Positions 36,530 through 45,989 are shown, counted from the first letter of the stretch. The stretch is DNA of 64,000 bases from a virus (IMGVR_UViG_3300050120_000213:1-64000); one strand, 5' to 3'. Numbers and translations are program-made. The notes: generated from the sequence alone by a model not told the origin.

Positions 36530-37627
36530 TTATCCTTTTGACTTCACTAAAGCCATCATCTGCTCAAGGGCCGTCTGTTGTTGGGCTTCAGAAGCCAGAT
36601 CAGGCGGGTGGGCAACAAGCTCCTTAATAGGATTATTAGAAGCTTGTGGCACTGTACCTGATTTAATCGGTTTCAGCGAGGTAGGTATGTTCGGTGGCGC
36701 ACCATGTTTCTCTTTCTGCTCTGCAATCAATTGCAAAAGGATAGGGTAGTGGTTCCTGAAAAATTTCAAGGTGGGTTGGGTAGGGGGCTCCGCTACAGAC
36801 TTTCTAATCTTGCACTCCCAGATAAACGTGCCCCAATCAGACAGGGCAAACAGCATACACTCTCGCGTTTTTTCTTCACCAATGTCCGCTTGAATATCTT
36901 TCAGCCAGCGCTGCTCTAATCTACTCATGGAGAGCTGCCTTACCCCAGTGAGTGCAGACATCTCATTCAACCAAGTAAATTGTAGAGGCTTACCCTGTTT
37001 TTTCTTCTCTGTAAGTCGCTTTAACACTTCTACGAGGTTTGTCATAGCTACATCAGAGGGTGTTGCCTCTGCCTCATTTTCATTCTGCCCTGAAAGCATT
37101 ACCAGGGGTGGGGGGGTTTGTATTTCTGTGGCTGGTTTTTCAGCCACCAAAGAATCTTCTTTTAAATCTTTTCTTTTAATTAGGCATGTGGTCGTTATGC
37201 CCGAATCCATCTGGGCGTTATGCCCGGTTGCAGCCGTACCAAGGGCGGCCATGAGTTCTTCTTTGATATCCTTTTCAATGATGCGTTCGATCACTGCTAG
37301 TACATCTATCCGAAGATGGGTCACCGGCTTACCCCGACTATTTTGATAAATAGCTTTGTGCAATAGCCCTTCGTCAGCGAGGCGTTTCATCGCGGTGCGA
37401 AGACTGCGCTCGGAGAGTCCGGTTTCCTCACACCACTCTTGGCGTGAACGCCCTACCCATTGTTGCCCATCGCGTTCAATCCATGCCCGCGTCTTACCGG
37501 CTTTAGATTGGGTGCCGTAATAGAGCAGTTGGGAAGCCAGCCGCCCTCCTTGCAGCCCAAACAGGGTATTGAGTTCGGAAAGAACGTAGCCGCCCCGGCG
37601 CTTACTTATTTCTGTCCAAGGGGTCAT
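36530..37627 (-). CDS. Replication initiator-like winged-HTH protein
   Basis: SQLLYY, WCEETGLSERSLRTA-x3-L-x3-GLL; upstream of loader and helicase. Confidence 0.7.
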   Translation of the reverse strand: MTPWTEISKRRGGYVLSELNTLFGLQGGRLASQLLYYGTQSKAGKTRAWIERDGQQWVGRSRQEWCEETGLSERSLRTAMKRLADEGLLHKAIYQNSRGKPVTHLRIDVLAVIERIIEKDIKEELMAALGTAATGHNAQMDSGITTTCLIKRKDLKEDSLVAEKPATEIQTPPPLVMLSGQNENEAEATPSDVAMTNLVEVLKRLTEKKKQGKPLQFTWLNEMSALTGVRQLSMSRLEQRWLKDIQADIGEEKTRECMLFALSDWGTFIWECKIRKSVAEPPTQPTLKFFRNHYPILLQLIAEQKEKHGAPPNIPTSLKPIKSGTVPQASNNPIKELVAHPPDLASEAQQQTALEQMMALVKSKG

Positions 37628-38247
37628 TCTGCTTCCTCGTCAGCCATCTCGGCGTAGAGTTCTTCTATCAGGGTATTTTTTGGCACCTCTCCAAATTCGA
37701 ACCTAGCTTCGGTCGCATCTTTGATAGCTGCGCTTATCCACTCTTTATCAAATTCCGTAAGCCCACCATCTAGTAAAGCCATAGCGTCCCCCATAATATG
37801 GGCTACTAATTCCTCAAACATTGACCCATTCTTGCCCTCAACTGCCCCAAATTCTGGGTGCACCATATAAACGGTATGCTTGCCGGGAGTGCCACATAGA
37901 AAGTAAGCGTGTGGGAATTTGCCTAGTGCTGCGATGGCTTGTAATTTTTTTATTTCTTCATCGGATGGGGGGGCAGGCTTTATTTCTACAAATAAAAAAT
38001 CCCAACACCCTAAAGGAATCTGTGCCTTGTACACCCAACCAACACTCCAAGTCTCTGTGTACTCCGGTGGATACCTATTTGATATTTTAAAGTCAGGCAG
38101 ATAGCAACTACTATCAGATAGTTTGTATCCTTCGTCTTCGTACACCCATTTGATGTCGCCTAGCGACTCAAAAAACACAGCCCAACGGGCTTCGAGCCGT
38201 GAGCGGAAACGGTAACCTTTATATTTAGTTTCTATGGCTGTGACCAC
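37624..38247 (-). CDS. PD-(D/E)xK-like nuclease domain protein
   Basis: YRFRSRLEARWAVFF...YLPDF...VEIKP; GTG 38247 behind AGGAG. Confidence 0.7.
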   Translation of the reverse strand: MVTAIETKYKGYRFRSRLEARWAVFFESLGDIKWVYEDEGYKLSDSSCYLPDFKISNRYPPEYTETWSVGWVYKAQIPLGCWDFLFVEIKPAPPSDEEIKKLQAIAALGKFPHAYFLCGTPGKHTVYMVHPEFGAVEGKNGSMFEELVAHIMGDAMALLDGGLTEFDKEWISAAIKDATEARFEFGEVPKNTLIEELYAEMADEEAE

Positions 38248-38399
38248 AACAAGACTCCTAACGAAAAAAGTCCCACCTGCTCGCTCCCTCTCATTGTTTA
38301 GAGAGGGTTGGCCGACACGGACCAAAGAACCGTGCAGCGAGCATGTGGGACTTCCTTTGGGTTTTCCTAACGGCCAAGCTAGGCTGTACTGAGGTTTCC

Positions 38400-38427
38400 A
38401 GTATAGCACACCCGTTAAGGAATGCAA
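38400..38427 (-). promoter_or_regulatory. sigma70-type promoter TTGCAT-N16-TATACT
   Basis: Extended -10, weaker -35; precedes a structured leader. Confidence 0.65.
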
Positions 38428-38436
38428 TAGGGTTGT

Positions 38437-38964
38437 TTAGGCTGCAACAGCCCCGGCAGTGAAGTTCGGCAGTGCTACAGGCGGCGTAAACGGCAGTTGC
38501 GGGCGCTTGCCGCCCCGAGTCGGGTGTAGCGCACTGGCGACCTTAGCGCGCAGCGCACGCGGCATTTCGAAGGCGGACTGTACACCTTCAGCGGGGCATA
38601 CCGTGACGTTGCGGGTTTGCTCCAGCGCGGCCAGCAATTTTTCCACGCCCTTACGGGAGGTGTAATAGCGCTGGTACCCCGCCGATTCCTTGTGGCGCGA
38701 AAGGAAGTCCCTGGCGTCGTACTTGTCTTCCAGACCGGCCTTGGTAAAACCCCAGTCTTCGAACTTGCCGTACATCTTGACCTTGTAACTATCCTGGCCG
38801 AACTTGCCGATCACGATGGCTTGGTAGTCATCAGCGCTGGTTTTCGTGGCCGCGATCAGGTAGAACAATTCGTGTGATAGCCCGTCGATAAATACCGGGT
38901 GAGTTGACAGCCCCGCCGCCCATGCGCCCTGTTTTTCGAACAAGGGCTTTTTTGCTTTTGCCAT
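38437..38964 (-). CDS. Hypothetical protein
   Basis: 175-aa ORF with biased codons. Confidence 0.65.
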   Translation of the reverse strand: MAKAKKPLFEKQGAWAAGLSTHPVFIDGLSHELFYLIAATKTSADDYQAIVIGKFGQDSYKVKMYGKFEDWGFTKAGLEDKYDARDFLSRHKESAGYQRYYTSRKGVEKLLAALEQTRNVTVCPAEGVQSAFEMPRALRAKVASALHPTRGGKRPQLPFTPPVALPNFTAGAVAA

Positions 38965-39039
38965 GTCGTTCTCTCTTGTTAGGTAATGACGGAAAGCCCG
39001 TCCTACTGCCCTCTACAAGAAAGGGCAGTGAGCCGAGTC

Positions 39040-39225
39040 CTACCGGAAGTGCTTCTCGTAAATCTGGTCAAGTACGTCTAGTTGCTTATCGGTCAAGTCA
39101 CCGATCTTTTCAGCCAGCGCCGCCCGCTCTACCGATTCCATGAACTGCTTTTCCCAGTTCGTCAGATCGTGGGGCGTGAGCGACCGGCACTTTTCGACTT
39201 TTTTGTTGGTCGATAGCAACTCCAT
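39040..39225 (-). CDS. Small hypothetical protein
   Basis: LT-x-WE-x2-F...LT-x-KQ...IY motif. Confidence 0.6.
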   Translation of the reverse strand: MELLSTNKKVEKCRSLTPHDLTNWEKQFMESVERAALAEKIGDLTDKQLDVLDQIYEKHFR

Positions 39226-39226
39226 T

Positions 39227-39808
39227 TCAGGCCCCTTCCTCGTCGTCGGATTCGCTGGGCGGCGTGGGGTTCTGGCCGTACTTGGAGTAGTCGATCTGCG
39301 TTTCTTTGGCGGCGTACTCGCCCAGGGGTTTCAACGCCAGCGGGTAGTACTTGGCGTCTGCAGTGGCCGTGTTACCAAAGAACTGGTTGAATATGTCCGA
39401 CGAGTTATTGAAGGTCGGCACAATTGCGGCGGCCTCCAGCGTTTCATCGAGCCACTTTTGCAAGACCGGGAGTTGAGTCTCCAAATAGGCCGACAGTTCG
39501 AAGCTGGACAAATTTTCACCCAGCACAACCATGATTTTGTTCAAACGGTGGCCGGGATGTATCGGCAACTTGCCGGTGGGCTTTTCGTTGAAGGCCACCA
39601 GGAAACTACCGCCGTGCCGTGATTTGAACGGGCTACCTTCCGGGGGATCATTCAAGCAGGCCAGCGCCAAAATCAACGACACTTTATTTTCCTTGCCGCT
39701 GATTTCAACGTTCAGGCCATAAATCGTTTCGCCCTGTACGCCGACCACGCTATAGATGCGGCTTTCGCCTCGGAACATGTACGGAATTGCGTTTTGTGCA
39801 TCAGACAT
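39227..39808 (-). CDS. Hypothetical protein with acidic tail
   Basis: ATG 39808 behind ATGGAG. Confidence 0.7.
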   Translation of the reverse strand: MSDAQNAIPYMFRGESRIYSVVGVQGETIYGLNVEISGKENKVSLILALACLNDPPEGSPFKSRHGGSFLVAFNEKPTGKLPIHPGHRLNKIMVVLGENLSSFELSAYLETQLPVLQKWLDETLEAAAIVPTFNNSSDIFNQFFGNTATADAKYYPLALKPLGEYAAKETQIDYSKYGQNPTPPSESDDEEGA

Positions 39809-39847
39809 TTTAAACACTCCATTGAGTAAAAAGATGTTTCAGGGGTA

Positions 39848-39875
39848 AGAATAGCACTTATTGCTAGTTTGTCAA
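39848..39875 (-). promoter_or_regulatory. sigma70-type promoter TTGACA-N16-TATTCT
   Basis: Consensus; 14-bp motif copy at 39885. Confidence 0.8.
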
Positions 39876-39936
39876 AGATATTTTTGCAATCAATTGCAAT
39901 TTCTTCTTCAAGGGGCTAGGGGCCAATCCTCTGGTT

Positions 39937-40440
39937 TTATTTTAACCACCCCCAGTTCTTTTTTAGGTGTATGCCAAGTACAGTACTACGTGTCACACCG
40001 TATATTTCTGCAATTTTTGACTGTGGCATTTTTGTAAGTAGTAGCTTACGGATTTCTACCACATCTTTAGGAGAAAGTTTTGCCATACCATGCCTAGCGC
40101 CCCTACGTATTCTGCCATTTCTAATGGCGTCATCTAAGTTATCTTTCCTGCCACCATACCGTAAATTACCAGGGGTGTTATTAGTGGGGGTGTCATCCCA
40201 ATGCAGAACCATTCTGCCATTCCTAGGGCCAATAAAAGCCTCCGCCACCAAAACCGAAACAAGCTTATGCCTACGCTTATTATGTTTGTACAAACTTACT
40301 TGTGGGCGTCCCCCATCTTTTATACTCGTGGCTATTATTCCTCCTGGGGTACAGGGGCGTGGAAGTGAACGAACTCGACCCTGGTTAGACACCTCATATA
40401 GCCCTTCATAACCCTCTATAGGCAACCAATTTTCAATCAT
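39937..40440 (-). CDS. NUMOD4-HNH homing endonuclease
   Basis: WLPIEGYEGLYEVSNQGRVRS; VLHWDD-x3-NN-x3-NLRYG. Confidence 0.88.
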   Translation of the reverse strand: MIENWLPIEGYEGLYEVSNQGRVRSLPRPCTPGGIIATSIKDGGRPQVSLYKHNKRRHKLVSVLVAEAFIGPRNGRMVLHWDDTPTNNTPGNLRYGGRKDNLDDAIRNGRIRRGARHGMAKLSPKDVVEIRKLLLTKMPQSKIAEIYGVTRSTVLGIHLKKNWGWLK

Positions 40441-40766
40441 ATGCCGAGCGCCACACAGCGTTTATGGAAGTTAACCAAAAGTGACCTAATACCGAACCAC
40501 CCAGAGCCTTTGTAGGTGTCAGCGGCTGCGCCAGCTTCTTCTAACAATTGCTGATCGTTGCCAGGGTATTGGTACTTCTTGGGGTCGCGCTTCATCAGCG
40601 TCATAAGGGCTTCCCTCAGATAGAACGGGTCAGGGTTTCTCTTGACTAAAAAAAGTCGTTCTTCGTGTGGCAAGCGCACAAAAAAATCCCAACAGTCTTG
40701 AGATTCCTTAAGGTCTGTCACCTTCTGCTCTAACTCTCGCAGACGTAGTTCTTGTTCGGGGGTCAT
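40437..40766 (-). CDS. Hypothetical protein
   Basis: ATGA overlaps at both ends. Confidence 0.6.
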   Translation of the reverse strand: MTPEQELRLRELEQKVTDLKESQDCWDFFVRLPHEERLFLVKRNPDPFYLREALMTLMKRDPKKYQYPGNDQQLLEEAGAAADTYKGSGWFGIRSLLVNFHKRCVALGI

Positions 40767-41944
40767 AATTTTAACCAATTACCTTTTTTGATCGCATCGT
40801 ACACGATATCGGCCACTTCACTATGGGCCAACTCCGCCTTGCCCGTGGCTTCAATTGCCTCACGCAATTTATTCTGTACCGCCATGGCGGGGGCGTGGCC
40901 CGAAATGTCTTTGAACACTTCCAAACAAAATTGCTTGGCGTCTTTCAACGACAGTTTGGGTAAGTGCAATACCATATCCAAGCGCCCCGCCCGATACAGT
41001 TCCGGGGGAATTTTTTCTATGGCGTTGGTGGTCATGACAGTAAGTACCCGACTACGGTGCTCATTAAGCCACCACAGCAACGTGCTGAGTATCCGGGTAA
41101 TCACCCCCGTGTCATCAGAGTGATTGAAGATCTTTTCGATCTCATCCAGCAGAATCACGCACGGACTTTCCTGTTCGGCCAGGATTAGGCTGCGCTGCAC
41201 GCGGTTTTCTGATTCACCGATGTAGCGGTTGAGCGCTTGAGAAATATCAAGACGGTAAAGTGGGGTGCCTAAGCGCCGCGCTACCGCACGGGCCGCCATC
41301 GTCTTACCTACTCCCGGGGGGCCAGCCAGCATCACGCCGCGTGGCACCAGCTTATGGGGAGTGTTTTCAGATTCGAAGAATTTCTGATTCACCGTGAGCC
41401 ATTCTTCTAGCTTAGGCGGCCACACGTAAAAATCGTCGGAATCGGTGTCTAACGGAATTAACCCCTGAATTCCCCCCGTCAACGACAGGCGGGTTTTACG
41501 CACTTCGTGCGGGAGTAGTCCACTGGTGCGGGCAATCGTCAGATCCACCACTTCACTGGCAGTCTTTAGCGATAGCCCCTTCAGAATCTTTATTAGCGCT
41601 TCACGCTGGCTGGCCTGTGTGAAGGGCTTCAGGTAGTCATGCAGCATGTCGGGTGGCGCTGGCAACATACCACCATCAAACATCAGGCTGGAGGGCTTGG
41701 AGGGATTGATCACCACCAAACTAGCTTGGGCCTTCTTGAGCCTCTGATAGCTGTGTAGGGTTGCTACCTTTTCATCCAGCGTCCAGTAGACGTTGGGAAG
41801 TACCACGCCCTTGTCACCAACGTTGCCCCAGTCGTGAACTTTCTTGGGGCCTGCAATTGATTGCAAAACTTCCTCGCAATGCACCAGATCATCGGTAGTG
41901 CAGGAGATGAGGGGGATACGGGCTTTTATCGCGTCGTGAAGCAT
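40763..41944 (-). CDS. AAA+ ATPase (Ycf46-like architecture)
   Basis: GPPGVGKT, ILLDEIEK, TTN, PPELYRAGRLD. Confidence 0.88.
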   Translation of the reverse strand: MLHDAIKARIPLISCTTDDLVHCEEVLQSIAGPKKVHDWGNVGDKGVVLPNVYWTLDEKVATLHSYQRLKKAQASLVVINPSKPSSLMFDGGMLPAPPDMLHDYLKPFTQASQREALIKILKGLSLKTASEVVDLTIARTSGLLPHEVRKTRLSLTGGIQGLIPLDTDSDDFYVWPPKLEEWLTVNQKFFESENTPHKLVPRGVMLAGPPGVGKTMAARAVARRLGTPLYRLDISQALNRYIGESENRVQRSLILAEQESPCVILLDEIEKIFNHSDDTGVITRILSTLLWWLNEHRSRVLTVMTTNAIEKIPPELYRAGRLDMVLHLPKLSLKDAKQFCLEVFKDISGHAPAMAVQNKLREAIEATGKAELAHSEVADIVYDAIKKGNWLKL

Positions 41945-41956
41945 GGGTATCCATGT

Positions 41957-41974
41957 AAAAGCCCCTTGCGGGGC
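41957..41974 (-). terminator. Intrinsic terminator
   Basis: GCCCC-GCAA-GGGGC-TTTT. Confidence 0.65.
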
Positions 41975-41979
41975 AGAAA

Positions 41980-42156
41980 TTACTTCGCTTTACGACGATA
42001 CAACTCGGTCGCGGCGTCGTTGATTTGGTCAAGGTATTTGCACTCAGCTTGCTCGTTGCCTAGCTCGCGTGCGCAGGTTGCGGCCTCGTGGGCATCGCTC
42101 ATGATATAGCGAAGCTCGGCTTCTGATTTGGCACGCATCATTTGAAGGTTGGTCAT
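41980..42156 (-). CDS. Small hypothetical protein
   Basis: ATG 42156 behind ATGGAG; own promoter and terminator. Confidence 0.7.
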   Translation of the reverse strand: MTNLQMMRAKSEAELRYIMSDAHEAATCARELGNEQAECKYLDQINDAATELYRRKAK

Positions 42157-42188
42157 GTCGCACTCCATTGCGGTTTGGGTATGAGTTA

Positions 42189-42216
42189 ATTATAACCCAT
42201 TTTATCGCTTTGTCAA
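42189..42216 (-). promoter_or_regulatory. sigma70-type promoter TTGACA-N16-TATAAT
   Basis: Perfect consensus. Confidence 0.85.
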
Positions 42217-42220
42217 AGGA

Positions 42221-42301
42221 TTAATACGGCCACAGCACAATAAAAGCCGCCCCACAGAGCGTAACCGCGAATCCTATGGTCATCCAAAAGAGCTTATCCA
42301 T
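42221..42301 (-). CDS. 26-aa hydrophobic peptide MDKLFWMTIGFAVTLCGAAFIVLWPY
   Basis: Translated by hand; GAGG RBS; single TM helix; below ORF-track cutoff. Confidence 0.5.
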   Translation of the reverse strand: MDKLFWMTIGFAVTLCGAAFIVLWPY

Positions 42302-42454
42302 GCTGAGACCTCAGAGGATTTCCCTTCATGGAGGGGCGCAGACTAAAGCTGTCAACTCGTGATGGAGCACGAGGATCGCTCTATACCGTTGCGGCGAGCG
42401 CCGCAGGGTGTCTACGCCCTTTCACGAAGGGGCTGGGATTGCCCCAACAAATTC

Positions 42455-42482
42455 AGTATATCGCATTTGCGGCAATTGTCAA
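42455..42482 (-). promoter_or_regulatory. sigma70-type promoter TTGACA-N16-TATACT
   Basis: Consensus; precedes the structured RNA at 42322-42431. Confidence 0.8.
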
Positions 42483-42488
42483 AAGAAT

Positions 42489-42962
42489 TTACACCGTTGC
42501 TGGGGGAATTACGTCAAGAGCCTGTAGGCCGTGTTGCGCAATGATCTCACCGATCTTCTGCCCATATAGCGGGTCCGTCGCGTAATTAGCAGCGGCCACC
42601 GCGTTGGCGAAGCTAGGACCATCTGTACAAGCGAAGGCCGGGGCATAACGTGGGTTGGTAATCAGGAACTGTGCGTGATCATTCAGGCTGGCGAGCCACG
42701 TGCTGTACTTACGAAACAGCGCTGGCTCCATCACCCAATGGCCTTTAAGAAACTCCCGAGTTTGGATCGCATACGTAGGTCCGGTCCAACTCGGGTCCGC
42801 CTTTACCCCAAACAAGTTCATTGCAGCTTGGGTCAGTTGCGAACCCCCCCACCCGCTCTCTAGCGCAGCATCAGCAATAACAAAACTGGCCGGGATGTTG
42901 GTGGCGGCCATGGACTGCTGAGCCGGGGCCGTCAACATCTGAATGAAAAATTGCGGGGTCAT
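42489..42962 (-). CDS. Endolysin, GH73 glucosaminidase (FlgJ-like)
   Basis: AALESGWG, NLFGVKA, FRKY, YATDP; ATG 42962 behind AGGAG. Confidence 0.88.
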   Translation of the reverse strand: MTPQFFIQMLTAPAQQSMAATNIPASFVIADAALESGWGGSQLTQAAMNLFGVKADPSWTGPTYAIQTREFLKGHWVMEPALFRKYSTWLASLNDHAQFLITNPRYAPAFACTDGPSFANAVAAANYATDPLYGQKIGEIIAQHGLQALDVIPPATV

Positions 42963-42992
42963 CGCCACTCCTAGTTTTGCAATCAATTGCAA

Positions 42993-43481
42993 TTAGCGCT
43001 TGGTGCTGCCGCTCCACCACAGCCATTTGTCTTGTGTTGGGGTAGGCACAACGGGGGGTGCTTTTACTGTTGAGGCAGTTTCTGCTACTTTTGCAGACAA
43101 ATAATCAGTTTTTGCTGAATTGATCTTAGCTTCCTTTAAAGCGTCTTGAGCAACAGCCTGGGCCTTATCTACAGTAGCGGCGTGCTTATCAACCTTACTC
43201 GATAAGCCACCAACCTTTTCCGTTAGGGCTGTCACAGCTAGACTTAGGGTATCCAGTTCCCTATCGGACCTCGATAATTCTTGCTGGCTATGGGCATCCT
43301 GATCACTCAAACGCTTCTCATAATCTGAGCGTAAATCTGAAATCGTCTTGGCATTGTGTTGTTCTGTTATAGACGCTCCTGTGTATAGGCCGGTGATACC
43401 GCTACACAGACCAGACATCACGATCACAGTAACCCATAGCCATGGGCGGCAATCCAGAGTCTTAGTGGAAGGGGTAGACAT
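42993..43481 (-). CDS. Membrane-anchored coiled-coil protein (i-spanin-like)
   Basis: N-terminal TM plus coiled coil next to the endolysin; no o-spanin identified. Confidence 0.45.
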   Translation of the reverse strand: MSTPSTKTLDCRPWLWVTVIVMSGLCSGITGLYTGASITEQHNAKTISDLRSDYEKRLSDQDAHSQQELSRSDRELDTLSLAVTALTEKVGGLSSKVDKHAATVDKAQAVAQDALKEAKINSAKTDYLSAKVAETASTVKAPPVVPTPTQDKWLWWSGSTKR

Positions 43482-43646
43482 AGGGGGTTCCTTGTTACCG
43501 AAGCACGTCTAACAAACGAAGTATCATCGGCAAATTAAAATTATGGGTTTCAGCAGCGAAAAATAAATGTAGCCCATTCGCTGCAAAGAGAAACAGTATA
43601 AATAGGGTTACCACCCAGCATTCTTTACACTCACGTATAAATTGTC

Positions 43647-43853
43647 TCATTTCAAACCCAAATGGCCGATTAAGGAAATGATTACCGAAGTCAAGATGAT
43701 TCCGGTTAATCCGTATGTAATAAGCTTTACGGGGATGAATTCTTCGCGGGTGACTAGCGTATCAACGGTATTGGACAAATTCTCATAATTCGCTTCCAAC
43801 GTTGCTAGTCTTTCTCGCTCGCTCGGTTGCTGCTGGTACCCAGGCACGGTCAA
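43647..43853 (-). CDS. Small membrane protein, holin-like
   Basis: ERLATLE coiled coil plus C-terminal TM, in lysis position. Confidence 0.5.
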   Translation of the reverse strand: MTVPGYQQQPSERERLATLEANYENLSNTVDTLVTREEFIPVKLITYGLTGIILTSVIISLIGHLGLK

Positions 43854-43899
43854 ACCCCTATAAAAATAATGAATTCTTTTGCAAAAAACTCCCTTCTAA

Positions 43900-45252
43900 T
43901 TACGCACCAATTCCCGTGTACTCGATGAAATACAAGGCATAAAAAGGCGGAAGAATGCTAAAAGGGGTACCAGAACCTACTGCCCCTGAACTAGCAGTTA
44001 TCCCTGTCCCAGAAAACGTAGTTTGGGTACCCCCCGCGCTTTGCTGAACGGCATTCGGCCCTGGGGAACCTTGCCCGATACCCGCCGCACCTGCCGATAA
44101 GTGAGCGTGTGTAGGGTCAGAAATAAAAATTGGGTGATTATGCGACGCCATATTCGCTAAACTCAGCGCTGCTGTGCTAGATCCCCCCGTCTGATTAAGG
44201 GTAAAGGTTGTGCCAGCCCCAATCGGCACCTTACCACGGTAATCCCCCGTACCATTGGTCCCGTCAGCAAGTTGCCAACCCGGTCCCCATACCGCTGCAA
44301 TGTTAGCGATAATGCCGTGCCACAGCTTTACTTCACCCACCTTGTACACATTCTGCAATTGCTGTCCGGTCACGACTTGGGTACTGGCGCTGTTCACTGC
44401 CCCATTTGCCGCCGTAACCGTTTCTAGCGCAGAACCCCCCACGTTTGTAACCTTGACCCCACCATTGGCTTCCAAGGTCAATGTAGCTGCCCCAGAAGTC
44501 GGGGACGCCACAACGGGGGTATTCAACTGTGATGCGGCAAACGCTTGGGTTGATAATCCGGCTAGCTGAGCGTAGTTGGTATTGGCTTGGCCCAGTGTGA
44601 TGGCCTGATTGCTGGCAGTGGCCGCCGCTGTTTGCGTTGCGCCGCCCGAACTATACAACAACACGTAGCTAGCCAGTGCCGCATCAAAAGTCATACAGCT
44701 AAACGCGACAACCTCCCCGCCTTGCAAAGCGCTACGGGCTTTACCCAGCAGTGGGTAAGTAGAGCCACCATTAACCACCACCGTGGAAAACGTGGTGTTG
44801 GGGTTAGCCGCCAGAAAGTAGATCAATGCCCCAGGCACCGGAGTGGACAACGAGGTGGGGTTTAGCGTAATGGCGTACGCGTTAGCTGAACCCGTATCCA
44901 CGGCGTAATTAAGCGTGTTTTGCTGAACTTGCTGCTGCTGAGTCAAGTTAGCCATAGCCCCACCAGTTGGGCCGCAAAATACCCTATCCCCGGACGCCCA
45001 TGCCAACGCGGTCGTATTTTCCTGCCCACGCAAAATCGTGCACACGTCCCCCCCGCGGGAGGTCACATAAACAATCTCGAATTCCAACCCCGTCAACACG
45101 TCGTTGAACGTCATACGGAAAAACTGCCCTGCAGCGGGGTTAGGAAAGGTTGCCCCTGTGCCGGATAACAGTGTTACGGACACCGCAGTTGGGCTAATAC
45201 CCGAGGCAATTGTCGTTTGATCATTATTGCCATAGATCTCCAAAGCCATCAC
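43900..45252 (-). CDS. Tail fibre protein with collar domain
   Basis: RGQE-x-T-x-A-x2-W, YAVDTGSANAY, GWQLADGTNGT-x-D-x-RG, PPFYALYFI. Confidence 0.8.
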   Translation of the reverse strand: MMALEIYGNNDQTTIASGISPTAVSVTLLSGTGATFPNPAAGQFFRMTFNDVLTGLEFEIVYVTSRGGDVCTILRGQENTTALAWASGDRVFCGPTGGAMANLTQQQQVQQNTLNYAVDTGSANAYAITLNPTSLSTPVPGALIYFLAANPNTTFSTVVVNGGSTYPLLGKARSALQGGEVVAFSCMTFDAALASYVLLYSSGGATQTAAATASNQAITLGQANTNYAQLAGLSTQAFAASQLNTPVVASPTSGAATLTLEANGGVKVTNVGGSALETVTAANGAVNSASTQVVTGQQLQNVYKVGEVKLWHGIIANIAAVWGPGWQLADGTNGTGDYRGKVPIGAGTTFTLNQTGGSSTAALSLANMASHNHPIFISDPTHAHLSAGAAGIGQGSPGPNAVQQSAGGTQTTFSGTGITASSGAVGSGTPFSILPPFYALYFIEYTGIGA

Positions 45253-45338
45253 AACCCCCTAGTATCTTTATAAAAACCCTGCATTACCATTTCTAAAAAA
45301 TGCAGGGGGTGCCTATTATTTTTTCGGCGGTTGGAATC

Positions 45339-45989
45339 TTAAAGTGTAACGGTGTACGTGTATTGAAAGGGCAAATTCAACGCCTGAGATTGCAGGGCGG
45401 CTTGAAAAATGGTGGGCAACTGAGACGAAGGCTGTGAAGCAATATACGCGGTTAAATCAATCGTGATCGCCCTAGACCCACCATAAGTGACGCTAATCAA
45501 ATACGTCTGATCAATACCCGGGTCGGTGCCATTTAGTCCATTTAAAAACCGCAACACCCGGCGCTTTAACCACGCGGGATTGAAAATCCTCCCATCGCCT
45601 TTGTACAAGTTCCACGTCAAAATACGCTTAAAAATATCATCTGATGTGGCGATTGTGGTAACAGACCCGAGAGACTTCAGCGTGTCATACGGCACGGTGT
45701 CGTAAGGGGTGCTGTCATACCCCCCAACCACCTTCAAATTGCTAAACGACAGTACAGGCCGGTCTACCCCGTAGATCCCCTTAGCCACCCAATCTAACAC
45801 CGGGCCAACGATTAAGTCGCTGGTGTATATCGGTAAATTGAGCGCATTAAACGTGTTGAGAATCTGCTGGGCCAGGGTGTTGTACGATGCCACAAATGCC
45901 TGCAAATCCACATCATCGTTGTACTGCCAGTACAGATAGCTGGGGATGACCTGCTGCACAGTAGTCGGAGCGGTCGGCAAGCTGGTCAT
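45339..45989 (-). CDS. Baseplate wedge protein
   Basis: LDWVA-x-GIYG-x2-RP, SDD-x-FKRIL; follows the baseplate J-like gene. Confidence 0.7.
   Translation of the reverse strand: MTSLPTAPTTVQQVIPSYLYWQYNDDVDLQAFVASYNTLAQQILNTFNALNLPIYTSDLIVGPVLDWVAKGIYGVDRPVLSFSNLKVVGGYDSTPYDTVPYDTLKSLGSVTTIATSDDIFKRILTWNLYKGDGRIFNPAWLKRRVLRFLNGLNGTDPGIDQTYLISVTYGGSRAITIDLTAYIASQPSSQLPTIFQAALQSQALNLPFQYTYTVTL

Noticed and set aside
1034-42168. ORF-track starts such as MECF, MESE, MESK, MESR and MECD
   Set aside because: The ATG is part of the recurrent ATGGAG Shine-Dalgarno; true starts lie 9-15 nt downstream.
43900-45252. Diversity-generating retroelement or invertible tail-fibre cassette
   Set aside because: No reverse transcriptase, invertase or duplicated template region seen in the window.
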